The notes beneath the pieces were generated by a model, which worked only from the letters and a program-made list of their open reading frames with translations, ran no database searches and was not told the origin of the DNA. The position numbers and the translations under genes were made by a program. This document shows, piece after piece, positions 10,744 to 19,788 of a stretch of 64,000 nucleotides of DNA (positions are counted from its first letter, which is position 1; every line of letters starts with the position of its first letter). Location: sequence record SRR22947725_2285; one strand, given 5' to 3'.

Positions 10744-12147
10744 ATGGCTATTAAACATATAGCCATTGGTGGAATCAGTACAGAGTGTAGTAGTTACTCT
10801 CATCTATATCAAAATAGTTATGATTTTAAAACTATTGAAGGAAAGGCTCTGCTTGATCTTGTGGATTATCCGTTTCAAGAATTTAACATAGAGACGCATC
10901 CTTTATTTTTCAAAAAGTCAGTCCCTGGTGGCCCCATTGAAAAGCAATATTTCAAGGAGGTTATGGAAGAGTTTATAAGTGAAATAAATGCTCTTGGAAA
11001 CCTTGATGGCGTCTTACTTTTGATGCATGGTGCGATGTATGTTGACGGAATTGATGATCCTGAAGGGGAATGGATTGCCTCAGTTCGAAGGGCAGTTGGA
11101 AATGAATGCATTATTTCGGTTAGCTATGATCTTCATGGTCAAATGACCGATAAAATTATAAGCAATATTAATGCGTTTGCTGCCTTTAAAACGGCGCCTC
11201 ATATTGACGTTAAAGATACTTACAGGAGGTCTGCATCAATGCTTGCAAATGCAATTAGTGAAAATATTAAACCTCATGTTGTGTGGTCTCCAATTCCAGT
11301 TTTAGTTTCTGGTGAAATGTCCTCTACCTTTGTTGAGCCCTGTAAATCAATTTATAAAGAGCTTGAACTTTATAACCAGCAGAAAGATATTATTGATTGC
11401 AACCTCATGATTGGCTATGTCTGGGCAGACACTCCTAGGGCAACAGCATCATCAATAGTCACTTGCAATAATCAAATAACTGGCAGTGAGGTATGTCAGG
11501 CAATTGCTAAATCCTACTGGAACAATCGGCATCTTTTAAAGTCAGACATGTCAACTGGGAGTATAAAAGATGCTATAGCTTGGATAAGTAAGGACTTTTC
11601 AATCATCGCTGATAGCGGTGACAACCCAACAGCAGGTGGTGTAGGAGATAGAGCAGACATTCTGGAAGAGGTATTAAAGCAAAAGATCCATCAGACACTA
11701 TTTGCTGGAATCGCTTCAAAATCAGCCTACGAAACGCTCAAAGATAGCAATGACTTTACCCTAGGAGGAAGCTATGGAGGAGGGGGTCCATCACTCAAAC
11801 TTAAAGCAGATCATGTTTACTTTAAAAATGAATGTGCCGTTGTTTTTGTATCAAATACAGTTGTCATAATCACTAAATTAAGGCGCCCTTTTCACAATCT
11901 AAAAGACTTTACTGATCTGAATTTAGACCTTAAAGAGTTCAAGACTCTTTTTGTTAAGTCGGGTTACCTCTCTCCTGAACTTCAATCACTCTCTGCACCA
12001 ACATTTATGGCACTCACCAGTGGAGCTGTCAATCAGGAAATAAAGGGGATTGAAAATAATAATCGGCTGAAGAAGATTTATCCTTTCCAGGACTTTAAAG
12101 ATTATTCTCCAGTTGTCAGCAATGGTGAGCATTTAGTTAACCAATAG
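10744..12147 (+). CDS. M81 family metallopeptidase/amidohydrolase (MlrC-like)
   Basis: N-terminal E, LLMHGAM, YDLHG, PH.D and DSGDNPTAGG motifs. Confidence 0.85.
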   Translation: MAIKHIAIGGISTECSSYSHLYQNSYDFKTIEGKALLDLVDYPFQEFNIETHPLFFKKSVPGGPIEKQYFKEVMEEFISEINALGNLDGVLLLMHGAMYVDGIDDPEGEWIASVRRAVGNECIISVSYDLHGQMTDKIISNINAFAAFKTAPHIDVKDTYRRSASMLANAISENIKPHVVWSPIPVLVSGEMSSTFVEPCKSIYKELELYNQQKDIIDCNLMIGYVWADTPRATASSIVTCNNQITGSEVCQAIAKSYWNNRHLLKSDMSTGSIKDAIAWISKDFSIIADSGDNPTAGGVGDRADILEEVLKQKIHQTLFAGIASKSAYETLKDSNDFTLGGSYGGGGPSLKLKADHVYFKNECAVVFVSNTVVIITKLRRPFHNLKDFTDLNLDLKEFKTLFVKSGYLSPELQSLSAPTFMALTSGAVNQEIKGIENNNRLKKIYPFQDFKDYSPVVSNGEHLVNQ

Positions 12148-13231
12148 CATCTAAAATTCGACCAATTAATGTCTGCTCATTCCACTGATTAGGGCCTGCT
12201 CCTAGCCTAACAACTACCGTCTCCTTGGATGGAATGACGTAACATCGATTTGAGTTATAACCCTCCAAAGAATACATATCTTTTGGAAGACCTGGCCATC
12301 GAGAGCCCTGGGTATTAACCCAAAATGTATAACCATACTCAGGATTTAAATTCTGAGAAGACTTAGTGGCCATATCAACCCACCAACTTGGAATAATCTG
12401 CTGGCTACTCCAATAGCCATTATTCATCAGTAAGTATCCAACTCTAGCAAGCTCTCTTGCTGAAATATGCATGCCGACATGTGCACTAGTGTGCGGCCCA
12501 ATGAACTGACCACCGCCATGAACATCCCAGCTAGCATTCTCTACACCTATCTTCTTAAACACATTCTCATGCATATACTCGTGCATTTCTTGTTGCATAA
12601 TCACTTTAAATAAAACTGATAAATGCGCTATCGCTGGATCACTATAATCCCAAACCGAACCTGGATCTCCAATAAGCTTGCCTGTTTTTTTTCCATAACG
12701 ATTTTCTTGATAACCTAGGGCATGCTCAAATGGGCCACTATTAATTTTTGGGGGTATACCAAAGGCCAGTTGACCTTCTCCTGAAATTCCAGAAGTCATA
12801 CTAAGCAAGTGACCAATTGTTATCTTTTCTTTAAGCTTATCGGTCATCTTAAAAGATTCAGGAAGGAATGAGTACGCCAAGCTATCTAATTTAACTTCAG
12901 CATTACTGGGCAATAATCCATTTTTGCTCTCTTCTAAAAGAAGGCCCCAAGCAATCCCTGTAAATGATTTTGTACAAGACCACACATCAAACCTACTTCC
13001 AGGAAGTGTCATAAAGCTGTAGTGCTCCTTAATGATATATCCATTTTTAATAATAACTATTCCAGAAGCCACATTATCAAAAAAATGTTGGTACTCCTTA
13101 ATCGCAGCATTGAGTAAATCAAAATCTACATCAGGAATAGAGTTAATATTATTTTGATCAAAAAAACGCCATCCACCCTCTGATTCAGGATGAGGGAAGT
13201 AGTTATTTTTTAGATTTTGAGAATTTTTCAT
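12137..13231 (-). CDS. Serine hydrolase, beta-lactamase class C / NylB-like
   Basis: SCTKS (SxxK), HLLSMTSG, PG..WDYS, ARELARVGYL, YGY.FW. ATG at 13231 preferred. Confidence 0.85.
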   Translation of the reverse strand: MKNSQNLKNNYFPHPESEGGWRFFDQNNINSIPDVDFDLLNAAIKEYQHFFDNVASGIVIIKNGYIIKEHYSFMTLPGSRFDVWSCTKSFTGIAWGLLLEESKNGLLPSNAEVKLDSLAYSFLPESFKMTDKLKEKITIGHLLSMTSGISGEGQLAFGIPPKINSGPFEHALGYQENRYGKKTGKLIGDPGSVWDYSDPAIAHLSVLFKVIMQQEMHEYMHENVFKKIGVENASWDVHGGGQFIGPHTSAHVGMHISARELARVGYLLMNNGYWSSQQIIPSWWVDMATKSSQNLNPEYGYTFWVNTQGSRWPGLPKDMYSLEGYNSNRCYVIPSKETVVVRLGAGPNQWNEQTLIGRILDAIG

Positions 13232-13372
13232 CACGCAATTGTACTTGGAAAAAAACAAAAGTCTAAAAAAAAATAAGATGAGTTTATGGTAAGATTCGAC
13301 GCTATAAAACTCTAAAAATAAAAAATTTAAATTAAAAAAAACTAGTTAATTCAATATTATAGGAGGGATATT

Positions 13373-13741
13373 ATGACTTTAACTTTAGTATGCAGATTGT
13401 ATGGACTGGTGGGTCTAGTAGGAGCTATTTCAATATGGTTTGGTATTGATATGATGGCAGCATCCTATGGCTGGGAAGTCTCTCTTCCTATGGTTACTAT
13501 GTCTCAATTGTTAGTTGGGACCTTATTATTTAATAGTGTGATTTTTATTATGCTTCCAAACTGGACCTCTGAGGAGCAGTTAAAGAAAGCAACAGTTACC
13601 CTCATACTTCTTCAAATTATCGCGGTTGCACTTCAAGTTTTTCATCTTACATCGGGTGCTATTCCATCTGGAGGCATGCAGTACTTTGGAATCGCTTTAA
13701 GTTTATTATTTATTATTCTTTTCTACTGGAAATCTCGCTAA
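13373..13741 (+). CDS. Hypothetical 4-TM membrane protein (paralog A)
   Basis: AGGAGG RBS, four hydrophobic segments, PNWTSEEQLK motif shared with the next gene. Confidence 0.8.
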   Translation: MTLTLVCRLYGLVGLVGAISIWFGIDMMAASYGWEVSLPMVTMSQLLVGTLLFNSVIFIMLPNWTSEEQLKKATVTLILLQIIAVALQVFHLTSGAIPSGGMQYFGIALSLLFIILFYWKSR

Positions 13742-13755
13742 TTAACTCGATGATT

Positions 13756-13783
13756 AAAAAAGGGAGTTTTGACTCCCTTTTTT
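13756..13783 (+). terminator. Intrinsic terminator (bidirectional-type)
   Basis: AAAAAAGGGAGT-TTTG-ACTCCCTTTTTT. Confidence 0.85.
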
Positions 13784-13872
13784 AATATTGAAACTCTAGG
13801 TATAATTTTTATAGCGTTGTTAATTTCGACAAAAGAAGATAACGTTATTTTTTAATTTATAGGGGTATCAAT

Positions 13873-14244
13873 ATGAGCTTATCTTTAATTTTTAGACTGC
13901 AAGCGGCATTTGCTGCAATATGGGGACTTCAACTTATTTTTGTGCCAGGAATGGTTTTTGCACAATATCAATGGGGTTATTCTGCAGAACTTGTTGCAAT
14001 TGCTCAGGCTACAGGAACAGCTATGTTAGGTCTAGCTATTCTGGCATATGGAATGCCGAACTGGACGAGTGAGGATCAGTTAAAAGTAGCAGCCAAATCT
14101 TTTGGCGTTATTGCGATTTTATTTTTAATAATGCAGTTATACCAAATACTAATTTCCGGTATGGCTCCTGGTGGAGCTATGGACTGGATCAGCACAATAG
14201 TTACTGCTCTATTTGCAGTTGGATTCTTTATGAAGTCTAGCTAA
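13873..14244 (+). CDS. Hypothetical 4-TM membrane protein (paralog B)
   Basis: Colinear with 13373..13741 and carries PNWTSEDQLK. Confidence 0.8.
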   Translation: MSLSLIFRLQAAFAAIWGLQLIFVPGMVFAQYQWGYSAELVAIAQATGTAMLGLAILAYGMPNWTSEDQLKVAAKSFGVIAILFLIMQLYQILISGMAPGGAMDWISTIVTALFAVGFFMKSS

Positions 14245-14272
14245 AGAATAAATAATTTTAATTTAAATACTG

Positions 14273-14301
14273 AAAGGAGGTCATAATTGACCTCCTTTTT
14301 T
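14273..14301 (+). terminator. Intrinsic terminator
   Basis: AAAGGAGGTCA-TAAT-TGACCTCCTTTTTT. Confidence 0.85.
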
Positions 14302-14318
14302 GTCGTCAAAGAATAATA

Positions 14319-15185
14319 TTGAATTCTAAACAAATTCTTTTAGCGCTGATTGTTCCAATAACCTGGGGGCTAGGATTCACTCTAGCCAAAATTGGTATGG
14401 AGCAATTCTCTGCGCTCCTTATTATGTCAATTCGTTTTGGAATTGCTGGACTTGTTTTGGTCTGGTTTACAAAACCGCCATGGGGTCATATGAGAGAAAT
14501 ATTTGTTGTTGCCCTCATTGGCTCAACAATTCAGTACGGTTTAACCTATAACGGACTCAAAGGAATTGACGCATCAACAGCAGCCATATTGGTGCAACTA
14601 GAAGGACCCATACTTGCCCTTATGGGCACCATCTTGTTAAAAGAAAAGCTTGGATTAACTCGTGCTTTAGGAATGGGATTTGCATTTTTAGGTGTCTTTA
14701 TCATTGCTGGTGAACCAAGACTGGATGGGCATATTGATAGTGTTATATTGTTAGTAGCAGGCTCAACAGTTTGGGCAGTAGCGCAAATAATGATCAGTCG
14801 ACTAAAGGGTCTATCTGGCATTACAATTCTAGCATGGGTTGCAATTATGGCTACCCCTCAAATGCTAATAGCATCATTAATTATAGAGGATGGTCAGTGG
14901 CAAGCAATTACTTCAGCAAGCCTTGTTGACTGGTCAATTATTTTTTATTTAGCATTTATTATGACAGTTGTTGGCTATAGCGTATGGTATCAATTATTAA
15001 GTAGTGTGGATGTCAGCAAGGTTTCACCTTTTCTGATGCTGCTTCCAATCACCTCAATTATCGCTGGAATGGTTCTTCTTGATGAGAAACTCACTCTATC
15101 AATGATTATTGGAGGACTAATGATAATGACGGGTGTTGCCAGCACTCTCATTAATTGGCGCTGGCCCAAAAAACAAATCAACTGA
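14319..15185 (+). CDS. EamA/DMT family transporter
   Basis: About 10 TM in two repeats: WGLGF..AK, R F, L.EK, S.F..L.P. Confidence 0.88.
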   Translation: MNSKQILLALIVPITWGLGFTLAKIGMEQFSALLIMSIRFGIAGLVLVWFTKPPWGHMREIFVVALIGSTIQYGLTYNGLKGIDASTAAILVQLEGPILALMGTILLKEKLGLTRALGMGFAFLGVFIIAGEPRLDGHIDSVILLVAGSTVWAVAQIMISRLKGLSGITILAWVAIMATPQMLIASLIIEDGQWQAITSASLVDWSIIFYLAFIMTVVGYSVWYQLLSSVDVSKVSPFLMLLPITSIIAGMVLLDEKLTLSMIIGGLMIMTGVASTLINWRWPKKQIN

Positions 15186-15200
15186 CCTTAGAATTAATAA

Positions 15201-15425
15201 TTACTTATAAAACGGATCAACGGACTCAAATTGTGAGGTAATCTTTCTTATCCATTTTGAAATTGCAATCCCTTTACTCAACTGGAGTGAATTGTTTTCT
15301 GATTGCATATTCTTTGCTAATTTGCCAGCTAAAGGAAGCTCCATTTGCTCTTGTAAATAATCAGTTTCTTTATCTAAATCCTTTCTTAAGTCCTTTATCT
15401 TAGTTATGACACTGCTATCTGACAT
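15201..15425 (-). CDS. Hypothetical 74-aa protein
   Basis: AGGAG RBS 9 nt before ATG. Downstream of and co-oriented with the RHH-like gene. Confidence 0.6.
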   Translation of the reverse strand: MSDSSVITKIKDLRKDLDKETDYLQEQMELPLAGKLAKNMQSENNSLQLSKGIAISKWIRKITSQFESVDPFYK

Positions 15426-15467
15426 TAATCTTCTCTCCTAATAATATTTAAACTTTTAATCCCTTTT

Positions 15468-15755
15468 TTAAGATTTACCTTTGGAGGCTTTTTTAGAAGC
15501 TTTGTATTTACTCTCCCACTTCTGATTAAGCTCCGTTTTTGCAACATCTTTATAGTCAATTCCACTAATATCCTTAAACTCAGATATTGCATCTTCCATT
15601 GCAGTCTCAAAAACACCAGAGAGAGACATGCTGTAACCAAAATCTTTAGCAGCCATTGAAGCGCCCCTAAATGCATCAAAAACCGGCCTACGAATCCTTA
15701 CGCTGACCACTCTTTTTTCATCTTCTTCTTGATTTTTTGTAACGTATTTGCCCAT
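15468..15755 (-). CDS. Hypothetical protein with putative ribbon-helix-helix DNA-binding fold
   Basis: KRVVSVRIR alternating beta-ribbon, helix, G-x-S-x-S-x-S turn, second helix VFETAMEDAI, lysine-rich tail. Confidence 0.55.
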   Translation of the reverse strand: MGKYVTKNQEEDEKRVVSVRIRRPVFDAFRGASMAAKDFGYSMSLSGVFETAMEDAISEFKDISGIDYKDVAKTELNQKWESKYKASKKASKGKS

Positions 15756-15787
15756 CTAAAGATCAATCAAACTCTATGTTGAAAATT

Positions 15788-15845
15788 AGTATACACTTTT
15801 TGTATACTTTTTGTAATAATATTTTATTACTTTTTGTTTACAAAA
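15788..15845. repeat. Direct/inverted repeat array upstream of the RHH-like gene
   Basis: ACTTTTTGT x3 (15795, 15806, 15829), plus inverted repeats AGTATACA-n5-TGTATACT and GTAATAA-n4-TTATTAC. Confidence 0.55.
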
Positions 15846-15914
15846 TTAATAATTTATTAAAGCAGTTAAAGCTATAATTAAAATCCAAAATAAATTTTAA
15901 AAAATTAGCTCAAA

Positions 15915-16772
15915 ATGATTGATCTTAGTAATGTCGAAAAACAAATTAAGAGTGATGAAGCAGCGGTCCCTAACCTTCGTCAAAATATTGGAAAGAAAAT
16001 TTTATGGGCTGGAAAGTCTTCTCAAAAAACCCCTTTAAGTATCGTTTTTATTCATGGTTTTTCTGCGACACGGGTTGAACTGAGTCCGGTGATTGAAGAA
16101 GTTGCAAAGAGTATAGGAACAAATGTTTTCTTCACGAGGCTTACTGGCCATGGTCAAGATGGTATTGCATTAAGTGATGCCACCTTTAATGACTGGATTA
16201 CAGACACCAATGAGGCAATTCGTATCGGTGAAGTGATTGGGGATGAGGTTATTCTTATTGGCTCATCTACCGGCTGTTCACTTATCCATTGCATTCTAGA
16301 AGTTCAGAAAAAAGTTAAATCTGTAATCTATGTCTCACCCAATTTTGGGCCAAGCTCCTATAAGGGCCACTTTCTTAGGTTGCCAGGTGCAAAGTGGTTT
16401 ATTCCTCTGATTTTGGGAAATGAACACGCGTTTACTCCAAAAAATTCTGAGCACGCTCGCTGCTGGACAACTCGCTATCCAACAAAAGCACTTTTTCCAG
16501 TAAAGGATGCTGTGGTTGCGGCATCTCTAGTCAGTCACAGCAAGATAAATCTACCGATTCTCTTTTGGTTTTCAGATTATGACAAGGTTGTATCCCCAAA
16601 AGCAACGCGAAGAATCATTTCTAAAATGGGTAATAATGTTGATGTTTTTAACCCAATAGTCTCATTAGAGGACGACCCTTCAAAGCATGGTGTTCTCGGT
16701 GACATTTTAAGTCCAACTAAGACTGCACAAGGGGTTAATAAAATCCTCGAATGGATTAGAAAGAATAATTAA
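15915..16772 (+). CDS. Alpha/beta hydrolase (carboxylesterase/lysophospholipase-like)
   Basis: HGFS, GHG, GSSTG nucleophile elbow, D..V and HG.LGD. Confidence 0.82.
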   Translation: MIDLSNVEKQIKSDEAAVPNLRQNIGKKILWAGKSSQKTPLSIVFIHGFSATRVELSPVIEEVAKSIGTNVFFTRLTGHGQDGIALSDATFNDWITDTNEAIRIGEVIGDEVILIGSSTGCSLIHCILEVQKKVKSVIYVSPNFGPSSYKGHFLRLPGAKWFIPLILGNEHAFTPKNSEHARCWTTRYPTKALFPVKDAVVAASLVSHSKINLPILFWFSDYDKVVSPKATRRIISKMGNNVDVFNPIVSLEDDPSKHGVLGDILSPTKTAQGVNKILEWIRKNN

Positions 16773-17602
16773 TAACTGCGTTTTGTTGCTGCACCTTTAT
16801 AGAGAATATTTGATAAGTTTTCGTTGGCAATTTTTCTTTGAGCAACGGTAACTGGATCCATATTGTATTTTGGACGTTCTAGCAACATCCCATCGTCATC
16901 TTGCCTCTTTTGACCACGCACATGCGTCCATATGTTTTGACCCACAACTTGTTTGATCTTCGGAGACATATAGGATTGTAATGAAAAGCCAATTCTTCTT
17001 TGATTACTGTTATTTGGCTGAGAGCCATGAATAATAGTGCCGTGATGAATTGACATTTCACCGGGCTCTAAAATCAAGTCGACTGCTTTAGTTTCATCCA
17101 CATTTTGAACAACCTGGCCTCGAGTTAATATATTGTCCTCAGCGTATGTATCTTCATGCTTTTGGAGTCTTAATTTGTGACTACCTGAAATCATCGTCAC
17201 ACACCCAGTCTCTCTATTGCTCGGGCTCAATGCAATCCATGGCGTTGGAAAATCCATGCTATCAAGACCCATATAGGTTGCATCCTGATGCCAACTCACA
17301 TACTGCTTAGAGGATGGCTCTTTGATAAACATGACTGAAGCCCAGAGTGATATATCTGGACCAATAAGATCCTCAATAGCATCCACAATTATTTTGTTAT
17401 GTGCGAGTGCATCCAAACAAGTAAAGGAAAGGTGTAAGTTGTTCCGACTTTCTGAATTCATTTCCTCAGGAAACTCTGCCTCAACAGCCTCCAGATCTCT
17501 CTTGACTTTTAATGCCTCATCTACAGACATAACCCTTACTGGCGATATAAATCCCTCATCATGATATTGCTCTATCTGCTCATTTGTTAAAATTTTAGGC
17601 AT
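16769..17602 (-). CDS. PhyH-family Fe(II)/2-oxoglutarate dioxygenase
   Basis: WHQD, W.AL, GSH, HGS.PN...RR facial triad motifs. Confidence 0.88.
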   Translation of the reverse strand: MPKILTNEQIEQYHDEGFISPVRVMSVDEALKVKRDLEAVEAEFPEEMNSESRNNLHLSFTCLDALAHNKIIVDAIEDLIGPDISLWASVMFIKEPSSKQYVSWHQDATYMGLDSMDFPTPWIALSPSNRETGCVTMISGSHKLRLQKHEDTYAEDNILTRGQVVQNVDETKAVDLILEPGEMSIHHGTIIHGSQPNNSNQRRIGFSLQSYMSPKIKQVVGQNIWTHVRGQKRQDDDGMLLERPKYNMDPVTVAQRKIANENLSNILYKGAATKRSY

Positions 17603-17796
17603 TTCTTTTAATTTCCTTAATAAGATGCGAGGCTTTATTAGGACTCACTGATGTATCTAATCAATTTACTAATTACAAACAAGATTATAATTCAGTAAAA
17701 AATGACATTTTATTACAAATGTTTAAAAATTAATAACCTTATTTTTTATAAGCCTATATACTTGATTTATTCATGAATTCACTAAGTCAATAACGC

Positions 17797-17997
17797 GTGT
17801 CTAATATTTTTTCAAAGCATCCGAAAGAAGTTGGTGAGACTTACCTTCAGCACCTCATTGCAGCCTGCAAATATGGCTTCGTTTTATTTGGGCTATTTAT
17901 CATTGCCATTATTCATGCAGTAATTCCATTTATATTCAAAAAAACTGTAAGTAATAAAATTATAGAGCTAGCAGATCAGTTACAAAAGAGAAAATAA
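17797..17997 (+). CDS. Small DUF6356-like protein
   Basis: HP..VGETY.QH...IHA..PF.F..T.S pattern. GTG start. Confidence 0.7.
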   Translation: MSNIFSKHPKEVGETYLQHLIAACKYGFVLFGLFIIAIIHAVIPFIFKKTVSNKIIELADQLQKRK

Positions 17998-18058
17998 ATT
18001 CGCTCAAAATACATTAATAATTCACAAATTACGGCTTGACTTAAATTAAACTTTAAGC

Positions 18059-18526
18059 ATGAAAACTATATTTACTACATTATTTATATTCTTATTCACT
18101 TCGGCCTCAAACGCTGCTATGTCCCCTCGTTTCTATGAAACTGAAATACTTGGTAACTGGATTTGTAAGGACTTTTATCCAGGTTATGCAGCCTTCGAGA
18201 TGATTAGATATAAAAAAGATGGGACATGGAACAGCTTTGGTGAACTCATTGTTGATTTTCCTATCGAAGAAAATAAAGTAAAAGTTGTATACAGTGCACT
18301 TGGGACTGGTGTCTGGGAGATTGAGGATCAAAATTTAGTAAGTATGATCGATTCAATTAAAGTTACCAATAGAAACCATCCATGGCTCGACCAATACTTT
18401 AACATGCAAGAGCAGTTCACCCTCAATGAAAGAAACTCAGAACAGATTATGGTTTTGGCGGATGACTACATTAACCTTCAACCATCATCAGGCAAGCCCT
18501 ATGAATGCTTTAAAGTCGAGATTTAA
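18059..18526 (+). CDS. Hypothetical exported protein (beta-barrel-like)
   Basis: Signal peptide ending SNA, ILGNW.C and G.W motifs. Confidence 0.65.
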   Translation: MKTIFTTLFIFLFTSASNAAMSPRFYETEILGNWICKDFYPGYAAFEMIRYKKDGTWNSFGELIVDFPIEENKVKVVYSALGTGVWEIEDQNLVSMIDSIKVTNRNHPWLDQYFNMQEQFTLNERNSEQIMVLADDYINLQPSSGKPYECFKVEI

Positions 18527-18877
18527 CTAATCACCCCTCTGATTATATTTCTTTGCATTTCCCTTCGCTAAAGTCACAGGATACCTCTCTTCATTTTTAA
18601 CTAACTTCTCTTGAATAGCTTTTTCTAAGTTAACATCTAGTAAATCACAAAAACGAAGTAAATACATCGCGATATCAGCGACCTCACCATTAATTAATTC
18701 AAGCTGCTTTTTATTAGGTAGCTGTGACTCCTCAGGTTTGAGCCATTGAAAAATCTCGACAAGCTCTGAAGATTCAACACTTAGCGGCATGGCTATATTC
18801 TTAGGGGTATGAAACTGCTCCCAATCTCTTTCAGAAGCAAACTCTTTCAGTTGGTTTTGTATTTCAAATATATCCAT
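18527..18877 (-). CDS. MazG-like nucleotide pyrophosphohydrolase (DCTPP1-like)
   Basis: ERDWEQFHTPKN, E..EL.EIFQW, EVADI, K...N..RYP. Confidence 0.88.
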   Translation of the reverse strand: MDIFEIQNQLKEFASERDWEQFHTPKNIAMPLSVESSELVEIFQWLKPEESQLPNKKQLELINGEVADIAMYLLRFCDLLDVNLEKAIQEKLVKNEERYPVTLAKGNAKKYNQRGD

Positions 18878-18969
18878 AATTTTTAAATTGTTTATTTAAA
18901 TTCGATAAAAAAATTTAGTATACTTGTATGCATTGTTTTTATTTATTTAAATAACTATTAGGAGCTTCT

Positions 18970-19359
18970 ATGAGTATTCCACTTCTTTGTCATGTTTTTT
19001 TAATTTTGTTTGGCGGTTTCTTTGCCATTCAGCTCACCTTTAATTCCCAGAAATTTGCAGAGTCCAATCGAATGGACTCCCCTCAAGCAGGGTTTGCATT
19101 TAAACCAGCAGGTTTCCTCATGTTTGGCTTTGTTTTAATGCTAATTGCAACTTTGCCAATGCTACAAATTGGAGGCTTTAGCTCTGCTAAAGAACTTGTT
19201 GCTGGTGTTGGAATTTTTACTCTTTCTGCGTTTATTTTTAATATGGGACTTGTATTAAAAGTTTGGTCAACATTTGATGGCGCTGATCATGAACCAAAAA
19301 ATGCGATTAGACCATTAATACCGTTGATAGCAGTTATTATTTATTTTTTAACATCTTAA
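18970..19359 (+). CDS. Hypothetical membrane protein
   Basis: AGGAG RBS and about four hydrophobic segments. Confidence 0.7.
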   Translation: MSIPLLCHVFLILFGGFFAIQLTFNSQKFAESNRMDSPQAGFAFKPAGFLMFGFVLMLIATLPMLQIGGFSSAKELVAGVGIFTLSAFIFNMGLVLKVWSTFDGADHEPKNAIRPLIPLIAVIIYFLTS

Positions 19360-19378
19360 TTAATTATAAGGAGACATT

Positions 19379-19708
19379 ATGTCAGTATACGAATCGCAAG
19401 AAGCAGCAAGAGAAGCCAATGATATGGAGGCTTATGCTGCAACCCTTCATGATGATTATCAATTTATCATGCACCTAGATAACTCAAAAAAGAATAAAGA
19501 AGAGTCCATGGAAATGTTTACATTTATGATGAGCAGTGATGATTTTGTTACACATGATTCACGCTGCCTTTATGAAAGCAGTGAGGCAATGGTAACTCAT
19601 GGCGTCATGAGCTTTCCTGATGGAACGCGTGAGGCGGTCTTAGCCTTTCATCAAATCAAGGATGGGCAAGTTATTAGGATGGAAACAGGCGCAACACTCC
19701 TTCCTTAA
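19379..19708 (+). CDS. SnoaL/NTF2-like protein
   Basis: L.DDY.F and KDG.VIR.ETGAT, AGGAG RBS. Confidence 0.7.
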   Translation: MSVYESQEAAREANDMEAYAATLHDDYQFIMHLDNSKKNKEESMEMFTFMMSSDDFVTHDSRCLYESSEAMVTHGVMSFPDGTREAVLAFHQIKDGQVIRMETGATLLP

Positions 19709-19725
19709 AGAGATATAAATTCAAG

Positions 19726-19751
19726 AAAAGGCGCTTTAGGGCGTCTTTTTT
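19726..19751 (+). terminator. Intrinsic terminator
   Basis: AAAAGGCGCT-TTAG-GGCGTCTTTTTT (G-U pairs on the + strand). Confidence 0.7.
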
Positions 19752-19788
19752 ATTTACTATATTCATAGGAATAGTTAACGAATTATTA

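Noticed and set aside
15425..15679. 84-aa alternative-frame ORF
   Set aside because: Overlaps the better-supported 15468..15755 ORF in another frame, with no RBS or motif.
13260..19760. Integron cassette array
   Set aside because: Mixed orientations, genes have their own terminators, no repeated attC-like RYYYAAC...GTTRRRY structures and no integrase.
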